The notes: generated by a model from the sequence alone, not told the origin. A stretch of 43,949 nt of DNA from Octopus bimaculoides (GCF_001194135.2 NC_069005.1:34557001-34600949), one strand, 5' to 3'. Counted from the first letter of the stretch, positions 13,755 to 25,799 are shown. Program-made: numbers and translations.

Positions 13755-14024
13755 TGTGTTTGTACTTAGCCCCATAATGTAAATCACTGTGAAAGTTTGA
13801 CACAGTGAATCCTATCCAACACAAAGAAGCATTTATTCATTCATCACAAAGTTGCATCTTCCAAAACCTCACAACTCTACGACTCTCAGCGGTGCTTTCA
13901 ATAGATTTCATAGACCAAAATTCTTTGATAGTTAAATTGTATAGGATGGCATTCAAGCCATTTAAAGGTATTGCCTGCTCCATTGGCTCTCACGTACTCA
14001 CATACACATATATGCTTGTGTATA

Positions 14025-14084
<60 letters not shown>

Positions 14085-14609
14085 NNNNNNNNNNNNNNNN
14101 NNNNNNNNNNNNNNNNNNNNNNNNNNNNNNNNNNNNNNNNNNNNNNNNNNNNNNNNNNNNNNNNNNNNNNNNNNNNNNNNNNNNNNNNNNNNNNNNNNNN
14201 NNNNNNNNNNNNNNNNNNNNNNNNNNNNNNNNNNNNNNNNNNNNNNNNNNNNNNNNNNNNNNNNNNNNNNNNNNNNNNNNNNNNNNNNNNNNNNNNNNNN
14301 NNNNNNNNNNNNNNNNNNNNNNNNNNNNNNNNNNNNNNNNNNNNNNNNNNNNNNNNNNNNNNNNNNNNNNNNNNNNNNNNNNNNNNNNNNNNNNNNNNNN
14401 NNNNNNNTATATATATATATATATATATGTGGGAGATGTGTATGTATGTATATGTGTGTGAATATTTATACATGTATGTATAAGTGTGTGTATGCATGTG
14501 TGTGTGTATCTGTGTGTGTATGAGTGTATACATATGATTACATATACACACATATGTGTGTATAAATACGTACATATATATACGGGGGATGTGTATGTAT
14601 GTATATATA

Positions 14610-14645
<36 letters not shown>

Positions 14646-14977
14646 TGTGTTCAAATGCACACTGCTTTATGGATATTCGAATAGTATACACATGTGCGTA
14701 TACATACAATAATGAGTTTGCATGAGATCGTTGGATAGCTAGATAAACAGACAGACAGGCAAACAGACAAGCAGGTAGTCAAACAGACACACAGGCTGTC
14801 AGGCCGACAGATGTAAAGATATACATAATTCCATTCATACCTCCTCCTCCTCCTCCCGTTCCCTTCTCCCACCCCCGTCTCTATACTATACTAGTAATTC
14901 AATTTATTCACTGCTCTGAATCCTTCCCACCCCCTTCACATTGTACCGCTTTACCGCCAAACGCTGCACATCTTTAA

Positions 14978-15090
14978 ACGTCAGTCAACGCCAAAATGTT
15001 GGCCACTCAACGTCAATAAACGTCAGCTGACGTCAACACTTGGTTCCAATCCATCCGGCTTCCATTAGTCAGCCGTTGGTTATATTTCGA
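14978..15090. promoter_or_regulatory. CRE/ATF-site cluster with CCAAT; putative promoter or enhancer
   Basis: ACGTCA at 14978, 15010, 15020 and 15030 (the last within a full TGACGTCA, 15028-15035); CCAAT at 15046; tatattt at about 15081. Confidence 0.45.
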
Positions 15091-15511
15091 AGCTGTTTCT
15101 ACTTTTAAAGACAATCTCTTCTTAGAGAAAATACTTTCATTGTTGTGGCTTATTTCTAGTTTGGTTTTGGCTTTCATTTTACTTAGTTTTCATCTTTTTG
15201 CTTTACGTTTTTGTTTTGTGAATGAGTGGGATGTCTGTGTGTCGCCAATGTAATTAGCATATTTCTTTCATTTCGTTAATTAAATAATTAATTATATAAT
15301 TGGTCAAAATTAAAATTGATTTTAATGAAATTATAAAAATGTTATCAGAGCAGAGAGATGGGATGTATATATGTGTGTATATATGCATATAGAAATAGAT
15401 AACACACAACATGCACGCACACACACATACACACACATACATTCACACACAAACACTAAGAGACACACACATAGGTATGTTTGTATGGAAACAATATACA
15501 TACACATACTT

Positions 15512-15584
<73 letters not shown>

Positions 15585-15601
15585 CACTCGCAAACATAGT
15601 C

Positions 15602-15674
<73 letters not shown>

Positions 15675-16366
15675 TGTTTGTATGGATCCGTGTGTGAGAG
15701 TGTATGTGTGTATGTGTGTCTGTGAATATGTTTATGTGCATATACAAGTGTGCAGTATGTGTGTATGCAAGTCTGCGTGCTGTATACATATGTACCTGTT
15801 AGTGTCTGTCTTTGTCTGAGTGTGCGTGAATCTGTATTTGACGATATTTCTGCTTCTAAACACAATATCGTTGTATTTACGTATTTCAGTCTCTGGCAGC
15901 AACCAAGCAGAATCGTAAGACTGTTGCAGAGAACGTCTCGCCATATTCGTCCCAACTCCGAGTACGGCTACGATATTCCTTCTAACAAGATCGATAAATA
16001 GAGTACCAGCCAGATACTATGGCTCGTTCTCTCTCACACACTCTCTCTCTCGCTTCTTCTAAACTGGTTGCATTGTGCCGCGGAAAGGGCCGTGAAGAGC
16101 CACGGACAGGGACTAATCTCTTCTGAGATATCACTAAAGCTACTCGACGTACACTGCATTGTAGAATGGAACACAGGAATGTGTGTGTGCGTGTGCGCGT
16201 GTGTGCGTGTGTGTGTGTGTGTGTGTGTGCTATGCATATGCGTATGTGTATCCGTTAGTTGTTTGCGTCATGTCTTCTTATGTCCCGCATCTTACTGGTT
16301 CGTTGGAGATCTAGAAATTCACTGAATATCTCAAATGTGTACTTAAACCTCTACGATTAGCCACAG

Positions 16367-16505
16367 GCCTTCAGAGACGCAGCAACAATGTACTAGAGAA
16401 CAGCGGCATTGTGGCTGAGGCACAGGGCACCACCAAAACTGTGGCACTGTGGTTCTCGGACAGCTCAGCACTAAGGATCAGGCACATGGTGCCGCTGATG
16501 CACAG
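16367..16505 (+). CDS. Candidate exon xLQRRSNNVLENSGIVAEAQGTTKTVALWFSDSSALRIRHMVPLMH(R) inside a ~55% GC island
   Basis: ccacag| ... CAG|gtataa with one open frame. A competing minus-strand acceptor at 16566 makes the strand ambiguous. Confidence 0.2.
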
Positions 16506-17440
16506 GTATAAGTTGGTCCAAAGTCTCGTGCACTCAGCGGCACTGAGAATGGTGCACACAGTGGCACTTAAAGGAAAGAAACAAATCGCATCGTATTTTC
16601 GATTCAATCTCATCCAAACAATCGATTTCTATAATGTTATAAACTTATCGATCTGTGTGACGTCAGGCTGAGAGATTCATTTCCCTCTCTATCGATCACA
16701 GTTTTATGATTTAGATATTAGTTAAAGCCTTGCTCTCATTTAGTCTGCGTGGATTGAACGGTGATGGGTCAGAGGTCAAGAGTCATTGATAAATAGGATC
16801 TAGGATGAATGTGGAAGGTATGGGAGGGGTGGAGGTACAAGCGGAACGGGTGGGTTGAAGAGAGGGTAGGAGGTGGAGGAAGAGAAAGAGGTAGAAGAGG
16901 AGTGGACAAAAGAATGAAATGTCTAAAAGGAATATTCATGTCTATGTGTTTTGTATATGTGTGTGTATATGTGTGTGTGTATGTGTGTGTATATGTGTGT
17001 GTGTGGCTTTGCTTACTATATTGCTTGTATCCATTCATAAGACATTTGTCCAAGTGGACATGTAGTAGGATCGAACACGGAACAGCATAGTAGCCAAAAT
17101 ATTTGACCACATCTTGGCTGCCCCAAAGATGTCTGTGCCAGAGATGATGGTGAGAATATACAAGATGATGGCGAGAATGAAAAATGGTCGTAGAATTTAT
17201 GAAGTAAAAAGGGAAAGAGAAAGGGATAAGTGATGATATTGGTCGGTGTTTGATCTCAGGTCAGTCCTGATCCAGCATACGACACCGTTTTCTTTACGTG
17301 CTATAAAGGCAGAAGTAAATCTGCTTTCATCTCAGTCGCGCGCCTGTAGTTCGCTTATTTTTGTGTATGTTTTACTACACAAAGGTCACCTACTGCCTAC
17401 CCTGAGTAATTACTGACGGCACGTGCATCATGTCTATATC

Positions 17441-17509
<69 letters not shown>

Positions 17510-17818
17510 NNNNNNNNNNNNNNNNNNNNNNNNNNNNNNNNNNNNNNNNNNNNNNNNNNNNNNNNNNNNNNNNNNNNNNNNNNNNNNNNNNNNNNNNNNN
17601 NNNNNNNNNNNNNNNNNNNNNNNNNNNNNNNNNNNNNNNNNNNNNNNNNNNNNNNNNNNNNNNNNNNNNNNNNNNNNNNNNNNNNNNNNNNNATACCCGC
17701 TGATTCGGAAGCCTGCCACGGAGCCGTTGTGAACTTGGATCCTTACGGATTACCGATTACAGCATTTACGCAGCGTACATATTGGATTAGATCATCAGTA
17801 ACCTAGACCTTTCTTATC

Positions 17819-17872
<54 letters not shown>

Positions 17873-17910
17873 GAATGGACAGGTAAGATGATAGATAAAT
17901 AAATAGATGA

Positions 17911-17976
<66 letters not shown>

Positions 17977-18060
17977 AAATTTAAAGAGACAGGTGGGTCG
18001 ATACATAGGTAAGTGGATTGGTAAATAGGTTGATGGGTGAAAAATGAAAGGAAGGAAGGA

Positions 18061-18128
<68 letters not shown>

Positions 18129-18850
18129 AGAGAGTGATTGAGTGATTAAGAGAAAGAAAGTGTTGAGTAATTGAATGAAAAAGAAGAAATGATCGGTTCT
18201 TAATTACATCGTCTGTATCACCTGTAGAAACGAACAGAAAGAAGAGAAAAAGCATCATGGCGACGGAGAGGCTTGCAACGTTTTGAAAGAAAAAANNNNN
18301 NNNNNACGGAGAGGCTTGCACCATCTTGAAAGAAAAAATATCAAAGAAAGAATATGAAAAGAAAACGGAAACGAGGAAAAGTGAAGCAAGTTTATTTTTC
18401 TACCTTTACCATAAAAGATTTCCTCACAAATGACTCCAGTGTAACAAAAAACCAACAGTTACATCAGTAATTATAGAACATAAAGAAAAGAGGAGGAGGA
18501 GACGAGAGAGGACGGTTGTTGTGATGATAGGGGTGGGGCGGCGGCGGTGGTATTGGTAGGAATGGTGGTCGTGATGACGGAAAAATTTCAAGAACACAAG
18601 AGTGTATAACTTAAGGAATGGCTGAACGCGAATGTATTCTAAGAACAACGTCTGTCAAATTGTTCATATGAAATATAGAAACATACACGCGCTTACAATA
18701 AATAGATATATAGATATAAATAATACATACGTGTGCATGTACGTATAAATATATATGTATATATGTATATATATGTATATATATATTATATATATATGTG
18801 TGTGTGTGCGCTTGTGTGTATGTATATGTATGTATATATACATGTGTGTG

Positions 18851-18888
<38 letters not shown>

Positions 18889-18911
18889 CATACACGTGTC
18901 TACATATATAT

Positions 18912-18952
<41 letters not shown>

Positions 18953-19542
18953 CGTGTGTGTGTGTGTGTATGTATATGTGTACGTATGAATACAAACACG
19001 CACGCACGCGCGTGCGCACAGTAATATATTTTTCTTATTTTGCTTCAGACTAAAAGAGAAAAAAAGAAACACTTCGTTTCCAATAAAGACAATCAGAGGT
19101 TTTTGTCTACGAATGTTGTGCAAATATTCAATATGGCATCTATTAGTTGACAGCTTGATTGGTAGATGTCGCTACTGTATACACTGATATATCGTTACTT
19201 TTCTCATATACTGATACTCTTATGAACCAGGATGGCATCCTCTATGTTGTCGTGCCACTCCTAGAAATAGCAACAAAACTTCTCTGGCTCAATGGACCAT
19301 ATCAAATAGGATTTTGTTTAAGACTACGCTGGTTGACATATATGATACCTGAACAAAAGACAGGACGGTCGCGGTACTAAGTCGGCTTCAACCTATATAA
19401 CTGATAAAAACATTCTCTTCATTAGTGTCTGTCGTTCTCTGTTCCCATCAACATCATTTTCACCGTCGTCGTCATCATCATCATCATCATCATCACAATA
19501 AGCATGTTGGTTATTATTGTTATCAATCTCTTCCTTCGTCCT

Positions 19543-19695
19543 GAGCTGGCAGAATCGTTAGCACGCTGGACACTTAACCACATTTTGTCTTCGCATTCTG
19601 AGTTCAAATTCCGCTGAGGTCGACTTTGCCTTCCACCTTTTTCAAGTCGGTAAAAGTAAGTACCGATTGAGCACTGACGGTCAATGTAATCGAAA
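19543..19695 (+). mobile_element. SINE family B copy with (TTA)n tail
   Basis: gagctggcagaatcgttag...tgagttcaaattccgctgaggtcgactttgcc; homologous to 19748-19958 and 32099-32282. Confidence 0.8.
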
Positions 19696-19697
19696 CC

Positions 19698-19747
<50 letters not shown>

Positions 19748-19958
19748 GGCGGTGAACTGGCAGAATCGTTAGGACGCCGGACAGAATGCTTAGCGGTGTT
19801 TCGTCCGTCTTTACATTCTCAGTTCAAATTCTGCCGAGGTCGACTTTACCTTTCATCCTTTCAGAGTCGATAAATCAAGTACAAGTTGAGCACAGGGGTC
19901 GATGTAATTGGCTTATCCTCTCTCCCAAAATTGCTGGCCTTGTGGCAAAATTTGAAAC
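19748..19958 (+). mobile_element. SINE family B, near full length
   Basis: ggcggtgaactggcagaatcgttagg...agttcaaattctgccgaggtcgac...ttgctggccttgtggcaaaatttgaaac. Confidence 0.85.
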
Positions 19959-20952
19959 TATTGTTATTAGTAGTAGTAGTAGTATTTTACTTACTACGGA
20001 ACAACAAAATACGCTGATTTTGGGCTCTGTAAGTTTTAGATTAAATATACCATTTTCCCCACCTCTTAGATTAATAGTTGCCAGATGCTTTTCACCATTG
20101 TACAGAGGAGTATATCCGCTTCGTCTGGGTGTAGTTAATCTCATGTAAGCCCTATTAGGGTGCCGAAGGTTTGCAATTATTTTGAATCGATGAAAGCTTA
20201 CTGATGGCTCTGAACGATTCTATAATAATATTCGACGCAACAAGACAGAAGAATGAGGAAACATTTTTTTTTAAATACCATAGCAGAAGTAGTAACAAAT
20301 ATATTCTCTTTTGCAAAGTCGAGAGATGCTGAGGTTAGAAATAATGTCGTTGTCATGGCAACAAAAACAAAGGTAAATAATGAAACAGCAGACACAAAGG
20401 TAAATAATGAAATAGTATCACCACCACCACCACCACCACCACCACGTCTAGCAACAACAACAATAACAACACAGAGGAAAATAATAGCAAAAAAATCAAA
20501 AACGACAATAGTAACCGCAGCACTATCACCACCAAGGATTTCTCAAGCCTGGAAATCCCGCGCGAGATAAAGCACATTGACAACAACAACAAAGCCACCT
20601 TCTCAGTCATTCCAGTAACAATTTCGCCACTCCATCTCCACCACTATCACATTCACTGTGGCTTCTGAAAACAGTCTCACCCTCATCAACCAAACCACTC
20701 CCAACAACAGCAACAGATGCAGCAAGAACACAAAAGACGAATTTCTCAGATTAAAATCCTTCAATAATTAAAGTCACAACAACACTAATACAATCAATGT
20801 CTCTTCTTCCTCGACCTCGACCTGTGGAGGACACTGGAGCAGCAGGAATGGCACAAAGTTGGTTACATCATTTGAAGGGACCATTCCATATTGTCCTCAA
20901 TATCTTGGGCCCTTGTGGCCAATAAAAGAAAGCATTAATATTATTATTATTA

Positions 20953-21007
<55 letters not shown>

Positions 21008-21286
21008 GTTTCAACAGTTTTCTGTCGATCGCTACCGCATCACCAGTAACCGCCCCGGCTTCCTCTTGTTTCACCACACCATTGTCTTTAGGGAAATGTA
21101 CGAATGTGTTTCTATTTAATATCAGTTCTGGTATTTCTTTAGTTATTTTCGTGTCTTGTCTGTTGTGTGGCGGATACAACGTATAGTTTGTGTGGTTTTG
21201 TTGTGTGGTGTTTCTGATGTTTACATTTTGCATGATTTGCGCCGTGTATTTTTAAGATCAAGATTCTATGTGTGAGCGTATGCATA

Positions 21287-21320
<34 letters not shown>

Positions 21321-22251
21321 NNNNNNNNNNNNNNNNNNNNNNNNNNNNNNNNNNNNNNNNNNNNNNNNNNNNNNNNNNNNNNNNNNNNNNNNNNNNNNNN
21401 NNNNNNNNNNNNNNNNNNNNNNNNNNNNNNNNNNNNNNNNNNNNNNNNNNNNNNNNNNNNNNNNNNNNNNNNNNNNNNNNNNNNNNNNNNNNNNNNNNNN
21501 NNNNNNNNNNNNNNNNNNNNNNNNNNNNNNNNNNNNNNNNNNNNNNNNNNNNNNNNNNNNNNNNNNNNNNNNNNNNNNNNNNNNNNNNNNNNNNNNNNNN
21601 NNNNNNNNNNNNNNNNNNNNNNNNNNNNNNNNNNNNNNNNNNNNNNNNNNNNNNNNNNNNNNNNNNNNNNNNNNNNNNNNNNNNNNNNNNNNNNNNNNNN
21701 NNNNNNNNNNNNNNNNNNNNNNNNNNNNNNNNNNNNNNNNNNNNNNNNNNNNNNNNNNNNNNNNNNNNNNNNNNNNNNNNNNNNNNNNNNNNNNNNNNNN
21801 NNNNNNNNNNNNNNNNNNNNNNNNNNNNNNNNNNNNNNNNNNNNNNNNNNNNNNNNNNNNNNNNNNNNNNNNNNNNNNNNNNNNNNNNNNNNNNNNNNNN
21901 NNNNNNNNNNNNNNNNNNNNNNNNNNNNNNNNNNNNNNNNNNNNNNNNNNNNNNNNNNNNNNNNNNNNNNNNNNNNNNNNNNNNNNNNNNNNNNNNNNNN
22001 NNNNNNNNNNNNNNNNNNNNNNNNNNNNNNNNNNNNNNNNNNNNNNNNNNNNNNNNNNNNNNNNNNNNNNNNNNNNNNNNNNNNNNNNNNNNNNNNNNNN
22101 NNNNNNNNNNNNNNNNNNNNNNNNNNNNNNNNNNNNNNNNNNNNNNNNNNNNNNNNNNNNNNNNNNNNNNNNNNNNNNNNNNNNNNNNNNNNNNNNNNNN
22201 NNNNNNNNNNNNNNNNNNNNNNNNNNNNNNNNNNNNNNNNNNNNNNNNNNN

Positions 22252-22331
<80 letters not shown>

Positions 22332-22889
22332 GGTAAGAGACAGATAGACAAATAGAGATAGATAAATAGAAATACAGGCAGAGAAAGAAAGAGAAAGAGA
22401 GAGAAAGAAAGCGAAAGAGAGAGAAAGAAAGGAAGAGATATTGCAAAATTCAATGTCCTCTCCCAATCACTGGTTTCAGCCTTTGTACTATGCTCAAGAA
22501 CCCCAGCCTTCAAGATATTCAATCATATCAATATCTGTCCCCATTCTGTTTGTATTGATTTTATCGAAACCTTATTGTTGGATGGCTAGGCCACAGCCTT
22601 GACATCAATTGACTGCACTAAATGACCCCTAGCGATGCCGCGATTTTACTCTACAATAAAACACATATACACTCACCAACAAACCATATTCAACACACAA
22701 CGTGGCGGGATAATTGTTGCTGTGCAGTGAAAGTGCAACTAGTTCAACTGATTTCCATATCTAACCTAGCTGTGTTTCGGGTAAACAAGCTGCCACCCAA
22801 ATACCACCACCTGTGGTTAGTGTCTTTGCTATTTTAATATCACAATCATCTGATCAACTCGGGTATTTGTCCTCGTCCAACAAAATCAC

Positions 22890-22993
22890 CTGCCACCTTT
22901 GGGTACCCGTGGGCGGTGTCTTCAGATAAGTCGAATTTGTTAGAGCTATGTCGCCCTCTATTTCAGTTGAAGAACCGCCCCCAACAATTTTCT
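22890..22993 (-). CDS. Candidate 104-nt coding exon xKIVGGGSSTEIEGDIALTNSTYLKTPPTGTQRWQ
   Basis: Acceptor ctttattgtttacgtctag| and donor CAG|gtgatt. Only one frame is open; phase 1 in, phase 0 out. Confidence 0.38.
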
Positions 22994-23507
22994 CTAGACG
23001 TAAACAATAAAGTGCAATCACTGACACTAAATAAAGATTAACAGACACATAAATGCACACACACACACATACAGACATATGTACACAACTAACACATTAA
23101 TTGTAACATACACACACACACACACACACACGCATGCACGCACACACGCACACACACGCACTCAGGCAAAAACAGGAAGAAAATAAAAAAAATATAAAAT
23201 ATATACTTTTTATTTTTCTTGTTTTCCATATTTACTTCTTACCTTTGATTTACCTTTAAACAGCAACGTATAGGTTGTGGGAGGGTGGATTCATCACCCA
23301 ATAATGATGTCTCACCTTCTGACAATCTTTAAGAATTTAACATCATGTTCACAGCTGTCTCGTAAAATGAATTTATACGTATATGTTACACACACAAACA
23401 CACACACATACTGTCTGTCTGTCTCTGTCTCTCTCTCACACACACACTCTCTCTCTCTCTCACACACACACAGGTATAAACACATATACCTTGCGAATAC
23501 ATACAGG

Positions 23508-23686
23508 TTAGAAAATGCAGCAGAAAGAGCCCTTTGCTGGTGGTCCAGTAAGAGACGGGCGATGAAAGCCAGTGGTTTGGTCAATACTGTCGACTCTCCA
23601 ATAGCTGGGTGGCACGCCCCAGGATCGGTGCACCCAATCATCGTTGAACACCGTCCTCATGTCCTTCTGATCAAAGCTATCTTCAC
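23508..23686 (-). CDS. Terminal coding exon of an unidentified protein ending in CCIF (CaaX/CCaX)
   Basis: Acceptor ...cttcgcttcattgacctaag|GTGAAG. Only one frame is open across the exon: (G)EDSFDQKDMRTVFNDDWVHRSWGVPPSYWRVDSIDQTTGFHRPSLTGPPAKGSFCCIF*. It is non-repetitive and GC-richer than its flanks, and its phase-1 entry matches exon 24201-24233. No homologue recognised. Confidence 0.62.
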
Positions 23687-23975
23687 CTTAGGTCAATGAA
23701 GCGAAGCATCTTTTAGAGGTTATCAATCTCGCATGTATGCGTGCATGCGTGTGTGTATCTGTCTGTGTGAGTGTGTACGTACATGAGTGTGTGTGCGTGT
23801 ATGAATATAAAATAATGTTTATATACGATGCATGCATGGTCTTATATGTTGGCGTAGCGCACGCGTGAAAGCGCATGTATACATACGTACATACATATAT
23901 ATGCTTGTGCGTATGTATATGTGCGTATGCGTGCGCTGGCGTGCGTGTGTGTGCGTGTATGTATGTATCTGTATA

Positions 23976-24011
<36 letters not shown>

Positions 24012-24200
24012 GAGAGAGAGAGAGGGGGGAGACAGACAGACAGACAGACAGACAGACAGGCGGGTTGAGAAATTCTCTATAATTTTACTAGTTTAAGGGT
24101 TTCGGTCAATTATTATCGATCACAATGTTTAGTTTCTATTTATGGAATGATTGTAGGAAACTACACCCACCCCCACCCCGCCCACCTCCGTCCCTCTTAC

Positions 24201-24233
24201 CGAGAAACCATCGCCAAAGCAATTTACGCTGTT
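24201..24233 (-). CDS. 33-nt symmetric (phase 1-1) exon, xQRKLLWRWFL(G)
   Basis: Acceptor ctttatacttgtgtag| and donor TCG|gtaaga. It joins in frame to the CCIF exon: QRKLLWRWFLGEDSFDQ... Confidence 0.5.
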
Positions 24234-24294
24234 CTACACAAGTATAAAGCCAGCAAGAGTCTGTATCTCTCTTATATTCTATATTCGGTAAGCA

Positions 24295-24375
24295 GTTTAA
24301 AGAATTAATACTGTTTTGAGTCTTAAGTTGTGATCAGATTCGCTAAGGAATCAAAACAGTATTAATTCTCTAAAC
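24295..24375. repeat. Perfect 19-bp inverted repeat with 31-nt spacer (hairpin)
   Basis: agaattaatactgttttga (24301-24319) / tcaaaacagtattaattct (24351-24369), extendable outward with one mismatch. Confidence 0.85.
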
Positions 24376-24505
24376 CACACACACACATAATGGAATACAC
24401 ACAGGCATACATACACACGCACACACACACACAAATGCACATATATTTGATAAGTGAGAATACACGAAACTTTCGACCCTTGAGTCACTTTGTAACTTCT
24501 GCCGG

Positions 24506-24540
24506 AAGCAAAGCTCTTACCACACAGCCACTCCTGCGCC
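24506..24540 (-). mobile_element. SINE family A 5' end only
   Basis: Reverse complement ggcgcaggagtggctgtgtggtaagagctttgctt. Confidence 0.6.
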
Positions 24541-24573
24541 TACATGTATAATAAGTATATTATATACATACAT

Positions 24574-24604
<31 letters not shown>

Positions 24605-25749
24605 ATATACATACATACGTATATATATATATATANNNNNNNNNNNNNNNNNNNNNNNNNNNNNNNNNNNNNNNNNNNNNNNNNNNNNNNNNNNNNNNNN
24701 NNNNNNNNNNNNNNNNNNNNNNNNNNNNNNNNNNNNNNNNNNNNNNNNNNNNNNNNNNNNNNNNNNNNNNNNNNNNNNNNNNNNNNNNNNNNNNNNNNNN
24801 NNNNNNNNNNNNNNNNNNNNNNNNNNNNNNNNNNNNNNNNNNNNNNNNNNNNNNNNNNNNNNNNNNNNNNNNNNNNNNNNNNNNNNNNNNNNNNNNNNNN
24901 NNNNNNNNNNNNNNNNNNNNNNNNNNNNNNNNNNNNNNNNNNNNNNNNNNNNNNNNNNNNNNNNNNNNNNNNNNNNNNNNNNNNNNNNNNNNNNNNNNNN
25001 NNNNNNNNNNNNNNNNNNNNNNNNNNNNNNNNNNNNNNNNNNNNNNNNNNNNNNNNNNNNNNNNNNNNNNNNNNNNNNNNNNNNNNNNNNNNNNNNNNNN
25101 NNNNNNNNNNNNNNNNNNNNNNNNNNNNNNNNNNNNNNNNNNNNNNNNNNNNNNNNNNNNNNNNNNNNNNNNNNNNNNNNNNNNNNNNNNNNNNNNNNNN
25201 NNNNNNNNNNNNNNNNNNNNNNNNNNNNNNNNNNNNNNNNNNNNNNNNNNNNNNNNNNNNNNNNNNNNNNNNNNNNNNNNNNNNNNNNNNNNNNNNNNNN
25301 NNNNNNNNNNNNNNNNNNNNNNNNNNNNNNNNNNNNNNNNNNNNNNNNNNNNNNNNNNNNNNNNNNNNNNNNNNNNNNNNNNNNATATATATATATATAC
25401 AGGTATACATGTTTGTGTATGTTTGTCTAATAGCCTTTAATTTTAAAATACATTTTACGGATATTCTAAGCTGCTTTCGTCTGTGAGGTATTTCTGGGAT
25501 CTCAGACAGGGGTTGGCTATTTCAGCATCCGTCTGCTTTGCCAAGTTGACCCAATTAATGTCAATCCATCTATTTCTTAATGTCTCCACATTTCCTACAT
25601 CAATCTCTGAACTCTGTCATATAAATCTCTACTTAACACCTCCAGCGGCCATTTTTGAAATTATTTCCCCACCTCGTCACCTGACCACATTTCTCTCCTT
25701 TCTTTTCACTCAAATGCTCCTCTTCCACCCTATATCAGTATTAAGAACA

Positions 25750-25799
<50 letters not shown>

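Noticed and set aside
13806-13967. 162-nt plus-strand open segment between AG and GT (NPIQHKEAFIH...KPFK).
   Set aside because: Weak acceptor, no phase-linked neighbours, no recognisable motif.
17693-17806. Coding-looking frame IPADSEACHGAVVNLDPYGLPITAFTQRTYWIRSS.
   Set aside because: It begins at a gap so no acceptor is visible, the donor is weak, and a competing minus-strand reading exists; cannot be supported.
22987-22993. KIVGG resembles a trypsin activation site.
   Set aside because: The following residues lack the trypsin N-terminal pattern (PW..SL, CGG).
25455-25612. About 52-codon minus-strand open frame (SSEIDVGNVETLRNRWIDINW...).
   Set aside because: Poor splice sites, and its phase does not fit the modelled gene.
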